Assembly (NCBI RefSeq): GCF_025840185.1
Contig: NZ_JAMPJU010000002.1
Span: 233,536-257,535, forward strand
Direction of reading: 5' to 3'
Source: Brenneria izbisi
GTDB lineage: Bacteria; Pseudomonadota; Gammaproteobacteria; Enterobacterales; Enterobacteriaceae
DNA length: 24,000 nt
Below the pieces are notes generated by a model that saw only the letters and a list, made by a program, of their open reading frames with translations, ran no database searches and was not told the DNA's origin. Shown here in pieces: positions 1 through 8,664 of this stretch (position 1 is the first letter of the stretch; every line of letters starts with the position of its first letter). The position numbers and the translations under genes are program-made.

Positions 1-630
1 TACACCACCGCAACCGGGGTCGATAGCGGATAGCCCCCCGCCGTCAGCCGCGCGACCACGCCGTGAATGTGCTGTACCGACAGGAAGATCGCCATGGAAG
101 TCTGATGCGCGGCAAAGGCTTCCAGTTGTTCCCGCGGCGGCATCGGCGTGCGGCCTTCAATGCGGGTAATAATCAGACTCTGCGCCACTTCCGGGACGGT
201 GTACTCCACCCCAAGCTGCGCCGCCGCGCCGAGAAACGCGCTGACACCCGGCACCGACACAAACCCGATCCCTTGTTCCGCCAACATTTCGCCCTGTTCG
301 CGGATGGAGCCGTACAGCGAGAGATCGCCGGTTTGCAAGCGAACTACCAGTTTGTCGTCGCCGACGCCATTTACCATCAGCGCGATAATTTGCTCCAGCG
401 TCAACCCGGCGCTGTCATGGCACGCCGCCCCCGGCGGGCAATAGTCGAGCAGTGCGGGATTGATCAGCGAACCGGCGTAAATCACTACATCCGCTTGTTG
501 CAGCAGGCGATAGCCCTTCAGCGTAATCAGTTCGCTATCTCCCGGCCCCGCGCCGACAAACCAGACTTTTCGCGTATCAAAATCCTTGCGGGCCGTGCTC
601 TCATGTCGTACTTCAAGCTGTTCGGACATG
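1..630 (-). CDS. cbiF: Cobalt-precorrin-4 C11-methyltransferase CbiF, partial (C-terminus beyond left edge)
   Basis: The minus-strand frame is open from ATG at 630-628 to position 1 (210 codons). It is missing from the ORF track because there is no stop in the window. My translation [65 protein letters not shown]... matches the remembered Salmonella CbiF N-terminus ([34 protein letters not shown]). Its position after cbiT fits the cbiA-B-C-D-E-T-F order. The plus-strand ORF 63..656 is an Arg-rich antisense artefact. Confidence 0.9.
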
Positions 631-1191
631 TTCTCCCTCCTTGCGACAAGAAATAAGATAGGTTGGATTACCGGGTTTAAAATAATGACCGCTGCCAAGC
701 GGCGTCAGCGTGCAAGCCTGTAATTGGCTGCATTCCAGTGCGCTCACATTGCGTGACGGCAGGTGCGCCAGCGCCGTTTGCAGGTTGTCGAGCAGAATAA
801 ACGTCAACACCAGACGACCGCCGGGATGCAGATGCGCCAGCGACCAGTCGATCAGCGCGGTCAGTTGACCGCCGCTGCCGCCGATAAAAATAGCATCGGC
901 GCATATGTCCAGCGGGAGCGGCGCGTCTGCGCCTATCATCTCCACGTTGCGGCACCCCAAGCGCTGGCAATTCCCGGCAATCAACGCCAACGCCGCCGGA
1001 TTGCGTTCAATGGCGGTCACCTGTAATTGGGGAAAACGCAACGCGGCTTCCAGCGCCACGCTGCCCGTTCCGGCCCCGACATCAATCAGGCGCTGCGCGT
1101 CGGTCAGTTCCAGCCGCTCCAACGCCAGCAAGCGGATCGGTTCTTTGGTCATCGGCACTCGGCGACCACGTAAAAATTCGTCATCTCTCAT
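613..1191 (-). CDS. cbiT: Cobalt-precorrin-6B (C15)-methyltransferase, decarboxylating, CbiT
   Basis: 192-aa ORF, the same length as Salmonella CbiT. It has LRG..VPMTKE near the N-terminus, the SAM-binding motif [10 protein letters not shown], and [21 protein letters not shown]. It overlaps the cbiE stop by 11 nt and the cbiF start by 18 nt. Confidence 0.92.
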   Translation of the reverse strand: MRDDEFLRGRRVPMTKEPIRLLALERLELTDAQRLIDVGAGTGSVALEAALRFPQLQVTAIERNPAALALIAGNCQRLGCRNVEMIGADAPLPLDICADAIFIGGSGGQLTALIDWSLAHLHPGGRLVLTFILLDNLQTALAHLPSRNVSALECSQLQACTLTPLGSGHYFKPGNPTYLISCRKEGEHVRTA

Positions 1192-1783
1192 TGAGGATCA
1201 CCACCACATTCATGTCATAGCGCTGCGCCACGTCATCCGCGTGCAGGCGATGGATACGTTCATTCGGCGAAGAAAGGTTTTCGCCAATAATCAGTGTGCG
1301 GGTGAGTCGGCGTTGCAAAATGGCATCCGCAATCGCCCGTGGGCCGATTCGTTCGTCCGTCACCATCGCGACTTTGTCGTGTTGCAGAAGCCAGTCGAAA
1401 TCCGGTTCGCGCCCATGGCTGCTGGTGAGATAGATATCGTTCATATCCAGCGCAACCCTAGCGCACAGATACTGGATGGCGCTGATGCCGGGAATAATCC
1501 GCAACGTCCCGGCGCCAAAATGGGATGCCAGCCGCTTGCCGATGCCATACAGCAGCGGATCGCCCGATGCCAGTACCACAATATTCCGTGGCTGCTGCCC
1601 GGCCAGCCAGAGCATCAACGCGGAAAGATCGGCGTCCAGTCGGCGAGTTTGCCCGCGGAAACCGGGAAACATCGCCAGATGACGCCCCCCGCCGACCAGA
1701 ATATCCGCCGCGTCGATGTGGCGCCGCGCTTCCGGCGTAAGATGAGCGCACGCACCGGGGCCGATGCCGACGACCGTAATCAT
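1181..1783 (-). CDS. cbiE: Cobalt-precorrin-7 (C5)-methyltransferase CbiE
   Basis: ORF 1181..1891 trimmed to the ATG at 1783-1781 ([11 protein letters not shown]...), giving 201 codons including the stop. That ATG forms an ATGA overlap with the cbiD stop (TGA 1782-1780). The upstream 36 codons overlap cbiD and are Arg-rich. Tetrapyrrole methylase-like sequence ([13 protein letters not shown]). Confidence 0.9.
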   Translation of the reverse strand: MITVVGIGPGACAHLTPEARRHIDAADILVGGGRHLAMFPGFRGQTRRLDADLSALMLWLAGQQPRNIVVLASGDPLLYGIGKRLASHFGAGTLRIIPGISAIQYLCARVALDMNDIYLTSSHGREPDFDWLLQHDKVAMVTDERIGPRAIADAILQRRLTRTLIIGENLSSPNERIHRLHADDVAQRYDMNVVVILNER

Positions 1784-2916
1784 CGCAGCGCCGCCACAAT
1801 GTCGGCGAGCGCCCGGTTCGTCCCCAGCACCTGATGATCGAACGAGAACAAGACGGTATCGATCGCGGGCGGTTCGCCGCAAAAACGCCACATTTCGTTT
1901 ATCCGCTCACAAATCCGCTGGGCAATACGTTGATACACGCGCTGAAAACCGTGATCCGCAATCAACGTCATCGCCCCTTCGGTGGTGTCGCACTGATTGA
2001 CCGCCAGCAGTAAATCCTGCGGCGCGCCAAGCAACGCCAGATGCGCAATCAGGGTTTCCATTCGACCATCCGCGATATGACTGTGGGTATGAAAGATCCC
2101 GGCGGCAACCTTGACCAGTTTGCCGGGATGCCCAATCACCACCACATGACGAAAGTTGAGCCGTACCGTCTCCTGCAACATGTAGCCGACAAAGTTGCTC
2201 ATGGTTGCCACCCGTTGGCTATCCAGCCCCAGTTGTTCGCGCACAAAGCGCTCGCCGTGGTTGCCCGGCACCAGAATCACCTTGTCCAGTCCCGCTGCGC
2301 GCTTCATTTCCAGTTCCAGCGCCAGTGAGCGTTTCCAACTCTCTTCCGACATCGGCGTGACGATGCCGGTGGTGCCGAGAATGGAAATGCCGCCGACGAT
2401 CCCCAATCGTCCGTTGTAGGTTTTTTCGGCCCGCGCCTCGCCTTCCGGGGCAAAAATCGTGATTTCCGCCCCACGCGTCGGGCCAATCACCTCACGCACC
2501 GCCGATTCAATGGTGTGCAGCGGGGTACGGTTGATCGCTGGACTGCCGACAGGCAAACCGATGCCGTTACGCGTGACCGTACCGATCCCCGCCCCGCCCG
2601 TAATGTGAATATCGGCGTGATCGCACAAGGCGACTCGCGCAAAAATCAGCATTCCGTGCGTGGCGTCCACATCGTCCCCGCCGTCCTTACGAATGGCCGC
2701 CGTCGCTTGCCGACCTTCAATCAGCGGTTGCTCCACATTGAGATACAGGGTTACGCCTGACGGAGTGACAATCGAAACCTGATCGATCACCTGCTGGCGC
2801 AGCGCCATCAACGCCGCCACTTTCGCCGCCGCTGTCGCACATGAACCGGTGGTGTAGCCTTTGCGATATTGTTTGCCGTGATGCCAGACGCTATCCATCT
2901 GTGTAGCCATACTCAT
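1780..2916 (-). CDS. cbiD: Cobalt-precorrin-5B (C1)-methyltransferase CbiD
   Basis: ORF 1780..3258 trimmed to the ATG at 2916-2914 ([37 protein letters not shown]...). It is nearly collinear with remembered Salmonella CbiD ([27 protein letters not shown]; [17 protein letters not shown]; [18 protein letters not shown]). ATGA overlap with the cbiC stop (TGA 2915-2913). Confidence 0.93.
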   Translation of the reverse strand: MSMATQMDSVWHHGKQYRKGYTTGSCATAAAKVAALMALRQQVIDQVSIVTPSGVTLYLNVEQPLIEGRQATAAIRKDGGDDVDATHGMLIFARVALCDHADIHITGGAGIGTVTRNGIGLPVGSPAINRTPLHTIESAVREVIGPTRGAEITIFAPEGEARAEKTYNGRLGIVGGISILGTTGIVTPMSEESWKRSLALELEMKRAAGLDKVILVPGNHGERFVREQLGLDSQRVATMSNFVGYMLQETVRLNFRHVVVIGHPGKLVKVAAGIFHTHSHIADGRMETLIAHLALLGAPQDLLLAVNQCDTTEGAMTLIADHGFQRVYQRIAQRICERINEMWRFCGEPPAIDTVLFSFDHQVLGTNRALADIVAALR

Positions 2917-3545
2917 TCTGTCTCTCCCATCCGATACAGAATGGCGTTCACAATGGCCGCGGCGACATTGCTGCCCCCCTTGCGGCCCGTCGCCGCAATA
3001 CAGGGGATGGCGCTGTGGATCAGTGCGTCCTTTGATTCCGCCGCCCCGACAAAACCGACCGGCACGCCAATTACCGCCAGCGGCGTCGCCTGCTGTTCCA
3101 GTAAACGAAACAAAGCCGTCGGCGCATTGCCAAAGACAAACAGCTTGTCGCCCTGCTCTTGCAGCGCGATATCCACCGCGGCCATCGAACGCGTGATATT
3201 TTCCGCTTTTGCCCGCGCCACCACGCGCGGATCGCTGATAAAGCAGCGACACTCGCATCCCAGTTGCGCCAGCCGGGTTTTATTGATCCCGGACAGCGCC
3301 ATCGTGGTATCGGTATAGAGAATGCAACCGGCGCGCAGCCCGGCGCTGATCCGCGTCAGCACGTCGGTTGAGAACCACAACAGATCCAGCCAATCGAAAT
3401 CCGCCGTGGTATGGATAACCCGCTTGATGACCGCTTCCTGAGCCGGATCGACAAAACGATAGTCAGGGCGCTCGCGAGCGATAATCGCGCTGATCATCTC
3501 AAAACTTTGCTGCTCGATTTGTTGCGGTTGCTGGAGATAATTCAT
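2913..3545 (-). CDS. cbiC: Cobalt-precorrin-8 methylmutase CbiC
   Basis: ORF 2913..3686 trimmed to the ATG at 3545-3543 ([18 protein letters not shown]...), about 210 aa as in Salmonella CbiC. AAGGAAAA lies 5 nt upstream of this ATG. CbiC/CobH-like motifs are present ([30 protein letters not shown]). Confidence 0.9.
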   Translation of the reverse strand: MNYLQQPQQIEQQSFEMISAIIARERPDYRFVDPAQEAVIKRVIHTTADFDWLDLLWFSTDVLTRISAGLRAGCILYTDTTMALSGINKTRLAQLGCECRCFISDPRVVARAKAENITRSMAAVDIALQEQGDKLFVFGNAPTALFRLLEQQATPLAVIGVPVGFVGAAESKDALIHSAIPCIAATGRKGGSNVAAAIVNAILYRMGETE

Positions 3546-3559
3546 TGTTTTTCCTTGTT

Positions 3560-4513
3560 CTATACGGCGAGCAAAAGCCGGATCAGGGCGAACAGCAGCA
3601 ACGCCAGCAGCGAGGCCGTCATCATCAGATGAATGCTGCGGGGAATGTCGCTCAATGCGATTTCCCGACGTTCGTCCCCGATCCACGGTTTCTCTACCCG
3701 CTCACCAAAATAGTAGTTCGGCCCGCCAAGCCGCACACCGAGCGCACCGGCTACCGTGGCTTCCGGCCAGCCACAGTTGGGGCTGGCATGCTGGTAACGA
3801 TCACGCCAGCCAATACGCAGCGCCTGCCGGTAATCCTCTTTCAGCAACCAGGCGGCGGCGCTCAGCAACAGCCAGCTTAGTCGGGCAGGGATAAGATTGG
3901 CCGCATCGTCCATCCGGGCGGAGACATAGCCAATCGCCCGATATTGCGGGTTCTTGTAACCGACCATCGAATCCAGTGTGTTGACGGTTTTGTAAGCCAT
4001 CGCCAGCGGCGCGCCGCCGATCAACAGGAAAAACAGCGGCGCAATCACGCCATCTACGCTGTTTTCCGCGACGGTTTCCACCACGGCGCGGGTAATCTGC
4101 GGTTTTTCAAGCTGCGCGGTGTCCCGCCCCACAATCCCCGCCAGTTGCCGGCGGCTCTCTTCCAGCGCCCCTTGTTGTAATGCCTGATGAACCATCATCG
4201 CGGCATCACTCAGACAACGGCCCGCCAGCAGGGTATAAATCATCCACACCTCCGCCAGCCAGCCCAGCCACGGATGAAGCATGTTCATCAGAGCAAGCAA
4301 TCCCCAACTCAGCAGCCAGGTCACCCCGACCGCCGCCAGCCACAATACCGCTCCGCCCCGTCGCAGCGCGCGCTCGCCGTGACAAGCGGCGCGAATTCGG
4401 GTTTGCAGCCAGGTGATGAGTTTGCCTATCCAGCGCACCGGATGCGGCCAGTGCGCTGGATCGCCCAGCCAATAGTCAAGCAGGAAAGCGATAAACCAGG
4501 CCGACAGGATCAT
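3560..4513 (-). CDS. cbiB: Adenosylcobinamide-phosphate synthase CbiB (membrane protein)
   Basis: ORF 3560..4555 trimmed to the ATG at 4513-4511 (MILSAWFIAFLLDYWLGDPAHWPHPVRWIGKLI...), which forms an ATGA overlap with the cbiA stop (TGA 4512-4510). Hydrophobic CbiB/CobD-family sequence with the conserved GDP..PHPV..IG N-terminal motif. Confidence 0.9.
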   Translation of the reverse strand: MILSAWFIAFLLDYWLGDPAHWPHPVRWIGKLITWLQTRIRAACHGERALRRGGAVLWLAAVGVTWLLSWGLLALMNMLHPWLGWLAEVWMIYTLLAGRCLSDAAMMVHQALQQGALEESRRQLAGIVGRDTAQLEKPQITRAVVETVAENSVDGVIAPLFFLLIGGAPLAMAYKTVNTLDSMVGYKNPQYRAIGYVSARMDDAANLIPARLSWLLLSAAAWLLKEDYRQALRIGWRDRYQHASPNCGWPEATVAGALGVRLGGPNYYFGERVEKPWIGDERREIALSDIPRSIHLMMTASLLALLLFALIRLLLAV

Positions 4514-5964
4514 GCCGTTCCCCTTGCGTCGGCAAGTCTGGCGCTGGCGAACCAACGCTCAAGCAACCCCGTACGCTGGGCAAAATGGAGATGAAGGTAG
4601 CTGGCGCAGGTTTGCTCAAGCTGGTAACCCCCTTGCCAACGCTTGATGACAGTGCCGTCACGGGATTTGGCGCAGGCAAAACGGGGAGGCAGCGAAGTGG
4701 AGAAATCGGAATAATGAAACTCATGACCGCGCAGCACTTCGCCCCGCGCCGCCAGCAGCGTGTCGGTCAGCGCCTGCGCCTGACAGTAACCAAAGCGGGT
4801 CAGTCGTTTTCCCATCCGGCTTTCACCGGGCAGAATGCCGCTCATGCGGTGACGCTGGCCGTCCGTATCCGTCAGTCCGTCGCCCAGATACATCAGCCCG
4901 CCACATTCGGCATAGATTGGGACATTGCGCCGATGCGCATCCTGTAAAGCATCACGCATCGCGCTATTGGCGGCGAGCGGAGCGGCGTAAATTTCCGGGT
5001 AGCCGCCGCCGATATACACCATCTGACAGTTGGGAAGCTGGTGGTCATAAATCGGGCTAAAGCGGTGAATGCGCACGCCCGCCTGCTCCAGCAAATCGAG
5101 ATTATCCTGATAATAGAAATTGAAAGCGTCGTCATCCGCCAGCGCCAACGTCAATCCTTCGGCCTGTTCGGGCGAGAGCAGTGTGGACGATGCGCCATCA
5201 GGCAAGCGGACGTCACGGCACAACGCCAGCAGACGATCCACATCGATGGTTTCTTCAATTTGCAGCGCCAGTTTGCGCCAGCGGCTATCATCACCGTGCG
5301 GCTGCTCCTGGGCGGGGATTAAACCAAGATGGCGGGAAGGCAGCGCGATATCCGCCATGACGGGCAAGCGCCCCAGCACCGGGATACCGCAATAGTGCTC
5401 AATGGCATGATGGAGCAGTTGGTAATGTTCCGCCGAATTCACCCGATTCACGATCACACCGACGATGTTCACGGCGGGATCAAACTGGCGAAACCCCATC
5501 ACGGTAGCCGCCACGGAGGTGGATACCGCTTTGCCATCCACCAGCAACACTACCGGACAACCAAGCTGTTTGGCCATCGCCGCCGTACTGCAATCGTTCG
5601 GATTCGTGCCGTAGCCATCGTACAGCCCCATCACGCCTTCAATCACCGCGACATCGGCATGGCGCATCCGCTGGTTATACAGACCGTTAAGCGTCGCCGT
5701 GGGCAACATGAACGCATCCAGATTGCGCGACACGACGCCGCACACCGCGCTGTGCCAGCCGCTGTCCAGATAGTCGGGCCCCACTTTAAAGGGCTGTACG
5801 CTCAACCCGCGCCGCATCAACGCCCGCAATATCCCAAGCGTCACGGTGGTTTTGCCGCAACCGCTGCCAGTGCCGGCGATAACCAACGCGGTTTTATTTC
5901 GCCCCTGGTTCGCTGTCGCGTTTTTCTGTTGTTGTGCACTCGGCATAAAAAATCCCGACATCAT
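4510..5964 (-). CDS. cbiA: Cobyrinate a,c-diamide synthase CbiA
   Basis: 484-aa ORF with the P-loop AGTGSGCGKTTVTLG and the glutamine amidotransferase region IYAECGGLMYLG. It is collinear with remembered Salmonella CbiA. The start is ambiguous. ATG-ATG at 5964/5961 sit in the loop of the leader hairpin. An alternative ATG at 5946-5944 (MPSAQQQ...) follows GGGA plus six T. Confidence 0.93.
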   Translation of the reverse strand: MMSGFFMPSAQQQKNATANQGRNKTALVIAGTGSGCGKTTVTLGILRALMRRGLSVQPFKVGPDYLDSGWHSAVCGVVSRNLDAFMLPTATLNGLYNQRMRHADVAVIEGVMGLYDGYGTNPNDCSTAAMAKQLGCPVVLLVDGKAVSTSVAATVMGFRQFDPAVNIVGVIVNRVNSAEHYQLLHHAIEHYCGIPVLGRLPVMADIALPSRHLGLIPAQEQPHGDDSRWRKLALQIEETIDVDRLLALCRDVRLPDGASSTLLSPEQAEGLTLALADDDAFNFYYQDNLDLLEQAGVRIHRFSPIYDHQLPNCQMVYIGGGYPEIYAAPLAANSAMRDALQDAHRRNVPIYAECGGLMYLGDGLTDTDGQRHRMSGILPGESRMGKRLTRFGYCQAQALTDTLLAARGEVLRGHEFHYSDFSTSLPPRFACAKSRDGTVIKRWQGGYQLEQTCASYLHLHFAQRTGLLERWFASARLADARGTA

Positions 5965-5973
5965 CGGTCGGGA
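5947..5973 (-). promoter_or_regulatory. Expression-platform hairpin of the cbi leader (SD-sequestering and/or terminator-like)
   Basis: The minus strand reads TCCCGAC-cgatgat-GTCGGGA followed by TTTTTT and then ATG (5946). The stem is 7 bp (5973-5967 with 5959-5953). The 3' arm contains the only SD-like GGGA for the 5946 start, and the loop contains the ATGATG alternative starts. It lies directly downstream of the riboswitch aptamer. Confidence 0.6.
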
Positions 5974-6058
5974 CAGGTTATGTCACAAGGTGCGCAAAAG
6001 CGGCATTGCCGTTGCACGCATCGGATGACAACCCGCTTCCCACCGAAGGAGTTGAAAC

Positions 6059-6212
6059 TGTCATTGTCAGGTCGGTCTTCTGGCTTAGCGTCATTCTTCC
6101 CCGCGCCTTCCCAATCGTAGCGATCAGTGGTTTTACGGGGTCGTCGGCATTACAGCAGCGGGGGCTGCGGGGGATTCTCACCCCCTTCCCTGTTATCATA
6201 CAGTATGACAAC
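6059..6212 (-). promoter_or_regulatory. Cobalamin (AdoCbl) riboswitch aptamer in the cbiA leader
   Basis: The minus strand reads ...GTTGTCATactgtatgataacAGGGAAggGGGTGAGAATCCCCCGCAGCCCCCGCTGCTGTAAtgccgacgaccccgtaaaaCCACTGatcgctacgattGGGAAGGcgcggggaagaatgacgctaAGCCAGAAGACCgaCCTGACAAtgaca. This contains the conserved core blocks (GGTGAGAATCC, GCAGCCCCCGC.GCTGTAA, CCACTG...GGGAAGG) and the B12 box (AGCCAGAAGACC..CTG). A P1-like pairing TTGTCA/TGACAA closes it. The location upstream of cbiA matches the Salmonella cob leader. Confidence 0.9.
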
Positions 6213-6439
6213 ATGCGGAATTGAGCATCGTTTTCGATGCTCGCATCTCTCCTGACAACACTATCTTGATTAATTCGCTATATGGTTTATCTCTTGGTTT
6301 AAAGCTCGCGTGGCATCGGCCCGGCGTTTGTTATAAGAAGTTAGCCATAAATCGTTAAAGCATAATTGTTAATCTGAATCATACTGAATTCTGGCATTGA
6401 TCTTTTGATGTTATACATAAAATGAAGAGGAAAATCGCA

Positions 6440-7504
6440 ATGCAAAATATACGTGGCTTTGCCGCCCTTGATTCAACAAGCCCGTTGGTTCCACACCAGT
6501 TTGTCCGCCGGGACCCACGGGAAAACGATGTGGTTATCGATATCCTCTATTGCGGCGTCTGCCATTCAGACATTCATATGGCGCGAAACGAGTGGAAGAA
6601 CAGCGTGTATCCGATAGTGCCAGGACATGAAATTATCGGGAAAGTCGTCAGCGCTGGCAACGCGGTCAAGCGTTTTAAAGCGGGCGACTGGGTCGGCGTC
6701 GGCTGTATGGTGGATTCCTGTCAACATTGCGATGCTTGCGACGAAGGGCTGGAACAGTACTGTCAGGAAGGACTTACGCCTACCTACGGCGGTTTTGATC
6801 GTCATGATAGCCAGCCGACTTTCGGCGGCTACTCGGAGCGCATCGTGGTTTCCGAAAACTTTGTGCTTAGCGTGCCGGAAGCGCTGGACGTGAAAGCCGC
6901 CGCGCCGCTGCTGTGCGCCGGCATCACCACTTATTCGCCGCTGAAACACTGGAATGTCGGCCCCGGCGATAATGTCGCCATTGTCGGATTGGGTGGTCTG
7001 GGACACATGGGGTTGAAATTTGCCAAAGCGATGGGCGCGAATGTCACTCTGTTTACCCGCTCGCCAGGCAAAGAGCAGGAAGCCCGTCGATTGGGCGCTG
7101 AACGTGTGGTTATCTCTACCGATCAGGCGCAAATGGAGGCCGTCGTCAACCACTTTGACATTATTCTTGATACCGTTCCGATGCAACACGACCTTAATCC
7201 CTATCTGACTACCTTAAAACGCGATGGCACCCTGATCCTGGTGGGATTGATTGAACCGATCGAACCCACCGTGCATAGCGGTCCGCTGGTTATGGGCCGT
7301 AAATCCATCGCCGGTTCGCTGATTGGCGGTATCAAGGAAACCCAGGAAATGCTGGATTTCTGCGCCGAGCATGGCATTAGCTGTGATGTTGAGATGATTA
7401 ACATGCAGGATATCAACACGGCCTATGAGCGTATGTTGAAAAGCGATGTACACTATCGGTTTGTGATCGATATGGCGTCATTAACCTCCAGCTTTACCGA
7501 GTAA
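6440..7504 (+). CDS. yahK: Zn-dependent NADP alcohol dehydrogenase / aldehyde reductase, YahK-like (cinnamyl-alcohol dehydrogenase family)
   Basis: ORF 6422..7504. I prefer the ATG at 6440 (MQNIRGF...) because AAGAGGA lies 8 nt upstream. Long stretches match remembered E. coli YahK (CGVCHSD.H..R.EW...VYP.VPGHEI.G.V; PLLCAGITTYSPL.HW; GGLGHMG.K.A.AMGA; TQEMLDFCAEHGI...EMI....IN.AYERML..DV.YRFVID). The symbol means YahK-like; orthology is not proven. Confidence 0.88.
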   Translation: MQNIRGFAALDSTSPLVPHQFVRRDPRENDVVIDILYCGVCHSDIHMARNEWKNSVYPIVPGHEIIGKVVSAGNAVKRFKAGDWVGVGCMVDSCQHCDACDEGLEQYCQEGLTPTYGGFDRHDSQPTFGGYSERIVVSENFVLSVPEALDVKAAAPLLCAGITTYSPLKHWNVGPGDNVAIVGLGGLGHMGLKFAKAMGANVTLFTRSPGKEQEARRLGAERVVISTDQAQMEAVVNHFDIILDTVPMQHDLNPYLTTLKRDGTLILVGLIEPIEPTVHSGPLVMGRKSIAGSLIGGIKETQEMLDFCAEHGISCDVEMINMQDINTAYERMLKSDVHYRFVIDMASLTSSFTE

Positions 7505-7590
7505 CAAAAGCCAGCGCCGCGGCGTTGATGGTTGTTTCTTCACGTATGATATGCTGACCCTATCGCAATCAGGGAAATAATCAAAACATC

Positions 7591-8664
7591 ATGAGCGAAC
7601 ATGGCGGCAATGTGCTGGAAATGGCGCTGAAAATCGGGGTGAACGCCGCTGATATCATCGATTTCAGCGCCAACATTAATCCGCTGGGCATGCCGGCATC
7701 ATTAAAAACGACGCTTATCAACCAACTCGAACGCGCCGAGCATTATCCTGATGTGGAGTACCGTGAACTTCATGCCGCCCTTGCTCAGGTTCATGATTGC
7801 TCACCTGACCATATCCTGGCCGGCAACGGGGCGACGGAACTGATCTATGCAGTGGTTCACACGCTGCAACCTCGCCGGGCGCTGCTGTTGACGCCGGGAT
7901 TCGCGGAATATCGTCGGGCTTTACAGCGTATTGATTGCATCATTGATGATTATGTCATGTCGGCGGAGGACGGTTTCCAACCTGATACCCGACTGCTGGC
8001 CGTGCTGGATAAGGTTCACTACGATTGTCTGTTTATCGCCACCCCGAATAATCCCACCGGGCTGATGCCCGATAGCTCGCTGTTGCAGGACATTGTCGAG
8101 CGCTGTCATCAGTGTCATACCGCATTGATTGTTGATGAAGCCTTTATCGACTTCCTGCCCGACGCGCCGGGGTTAATCCCACAGATCACCGCCTTTCCCC
8201 ATCTGTATATCCTGCGCTCTCTGACCAAGTTTTTCGCCATCCCCGGTCTGCGACTCGGTTATCTGGTCAGCGCCAATCGGCATGCCATCCAGACCATGAA
8301 ACAATCAAGAGAACCCTGGACTATCAACGCGTTTGCTGCGCTGGCCGGGGAAATCATAACGAAGGATTCGGCGTATATCGCGGCGACCCGCCGCTGGCTG
8401 ACGCAGGCTCAGCCGTGGCTTTATCGGGAACTGAGCGCCATGCCGGAACTGCAAGTATGGCAACCGTGCGCCAACTATATTTTCCTGCGTTGTCTGCGCC
8501 CGGAAATCCCGCTTCAACAGGCCTTGTTGCAACATCGCTTGTTGATCCGCGCCTGTGCCAACTATCCCGGTTTGTCAGCCGGTTATTACCGCGTTGCCGT
8601 CAAAAGCGCCGCAGATAACCAGCGGCTTATCAGTGCGCTACATCAGGTGTTTGGGCATGGCTGA
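7591..8664 (+). CDS. cobD: L-threonine-O-3-phosphate decarboxylase CobD (PLP-dependent)
   Basis: 357-aa ORF with the CobD-type N-terminus (EHGGN....A...G......IDFSANINPLG.P) and a class I/II aminotransferase fold (ATPNNPTG, SLTKFFAIPGLRLGY). The size is close to Salmonella CobD. Its stop (TGA 8662-8664) overlaps the pduX start. Confidence 0.9.
   Translation: MSEHGGNVLEMALKIGVNAADIIDFSANINPLGMPASLKTTLINQLERAEHYPDVEYRELHAALAQVHDCSPDHILAGNGATELIYAVVHTLQPRRALLLTPGFAEYRRALQRIDCIIDDYVMSAEDGFQPDTRLLAVLDKVHYDCLFIATPNNPTGLMPDSSLLQDIVERCHQCHTALIVDEAFIDFLPDAPGLIPQITAFPHLYILRSLTKFFAIPGLRLGYLVSANRHAIQTMKQSREPWTINAFAALAGEIITKDSAYIAATRRWLTQAQPWLYRELSAMPELQVWQPCANYIFLRCLRPEIPLQQALLQHRLLIRACANYPGLSAGYYRVAVKSAADNQRLISALHQVFGHG

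Noticed and set aside
1780-3258. N-terminal extensions of track ORFs (cbiD 492 aa, cbiC 257 aa, cbiE 236 aa, cbiB 331 aa, gnd 498 aa, yjbE 152 aa, pduX 320 aa).
   Set aside because: The extensions overlap the upstream gene or non-coding leader, are compositionally odd, and often begin at GTG or TTG. Internal ATGs with SD sequences or ATGA stop/start overlaps give lengths matching known homologues.
63-6120. Many long plus-strand ORFs across the cbi region, for example 63..656, 905..1834 (309 aa), 2869..3318, 4187..4594 and 5329..6120 (263 aa).
   Set aside because: All are antisense to well-supported cbi genes in DNA that my single-line count puts at about 63% GC. Their translations are Arg/Pro/Ala/His-rich low-complexity strings with no recognisable motifs. 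These are the expected artefacts of high-GC antisense frames.
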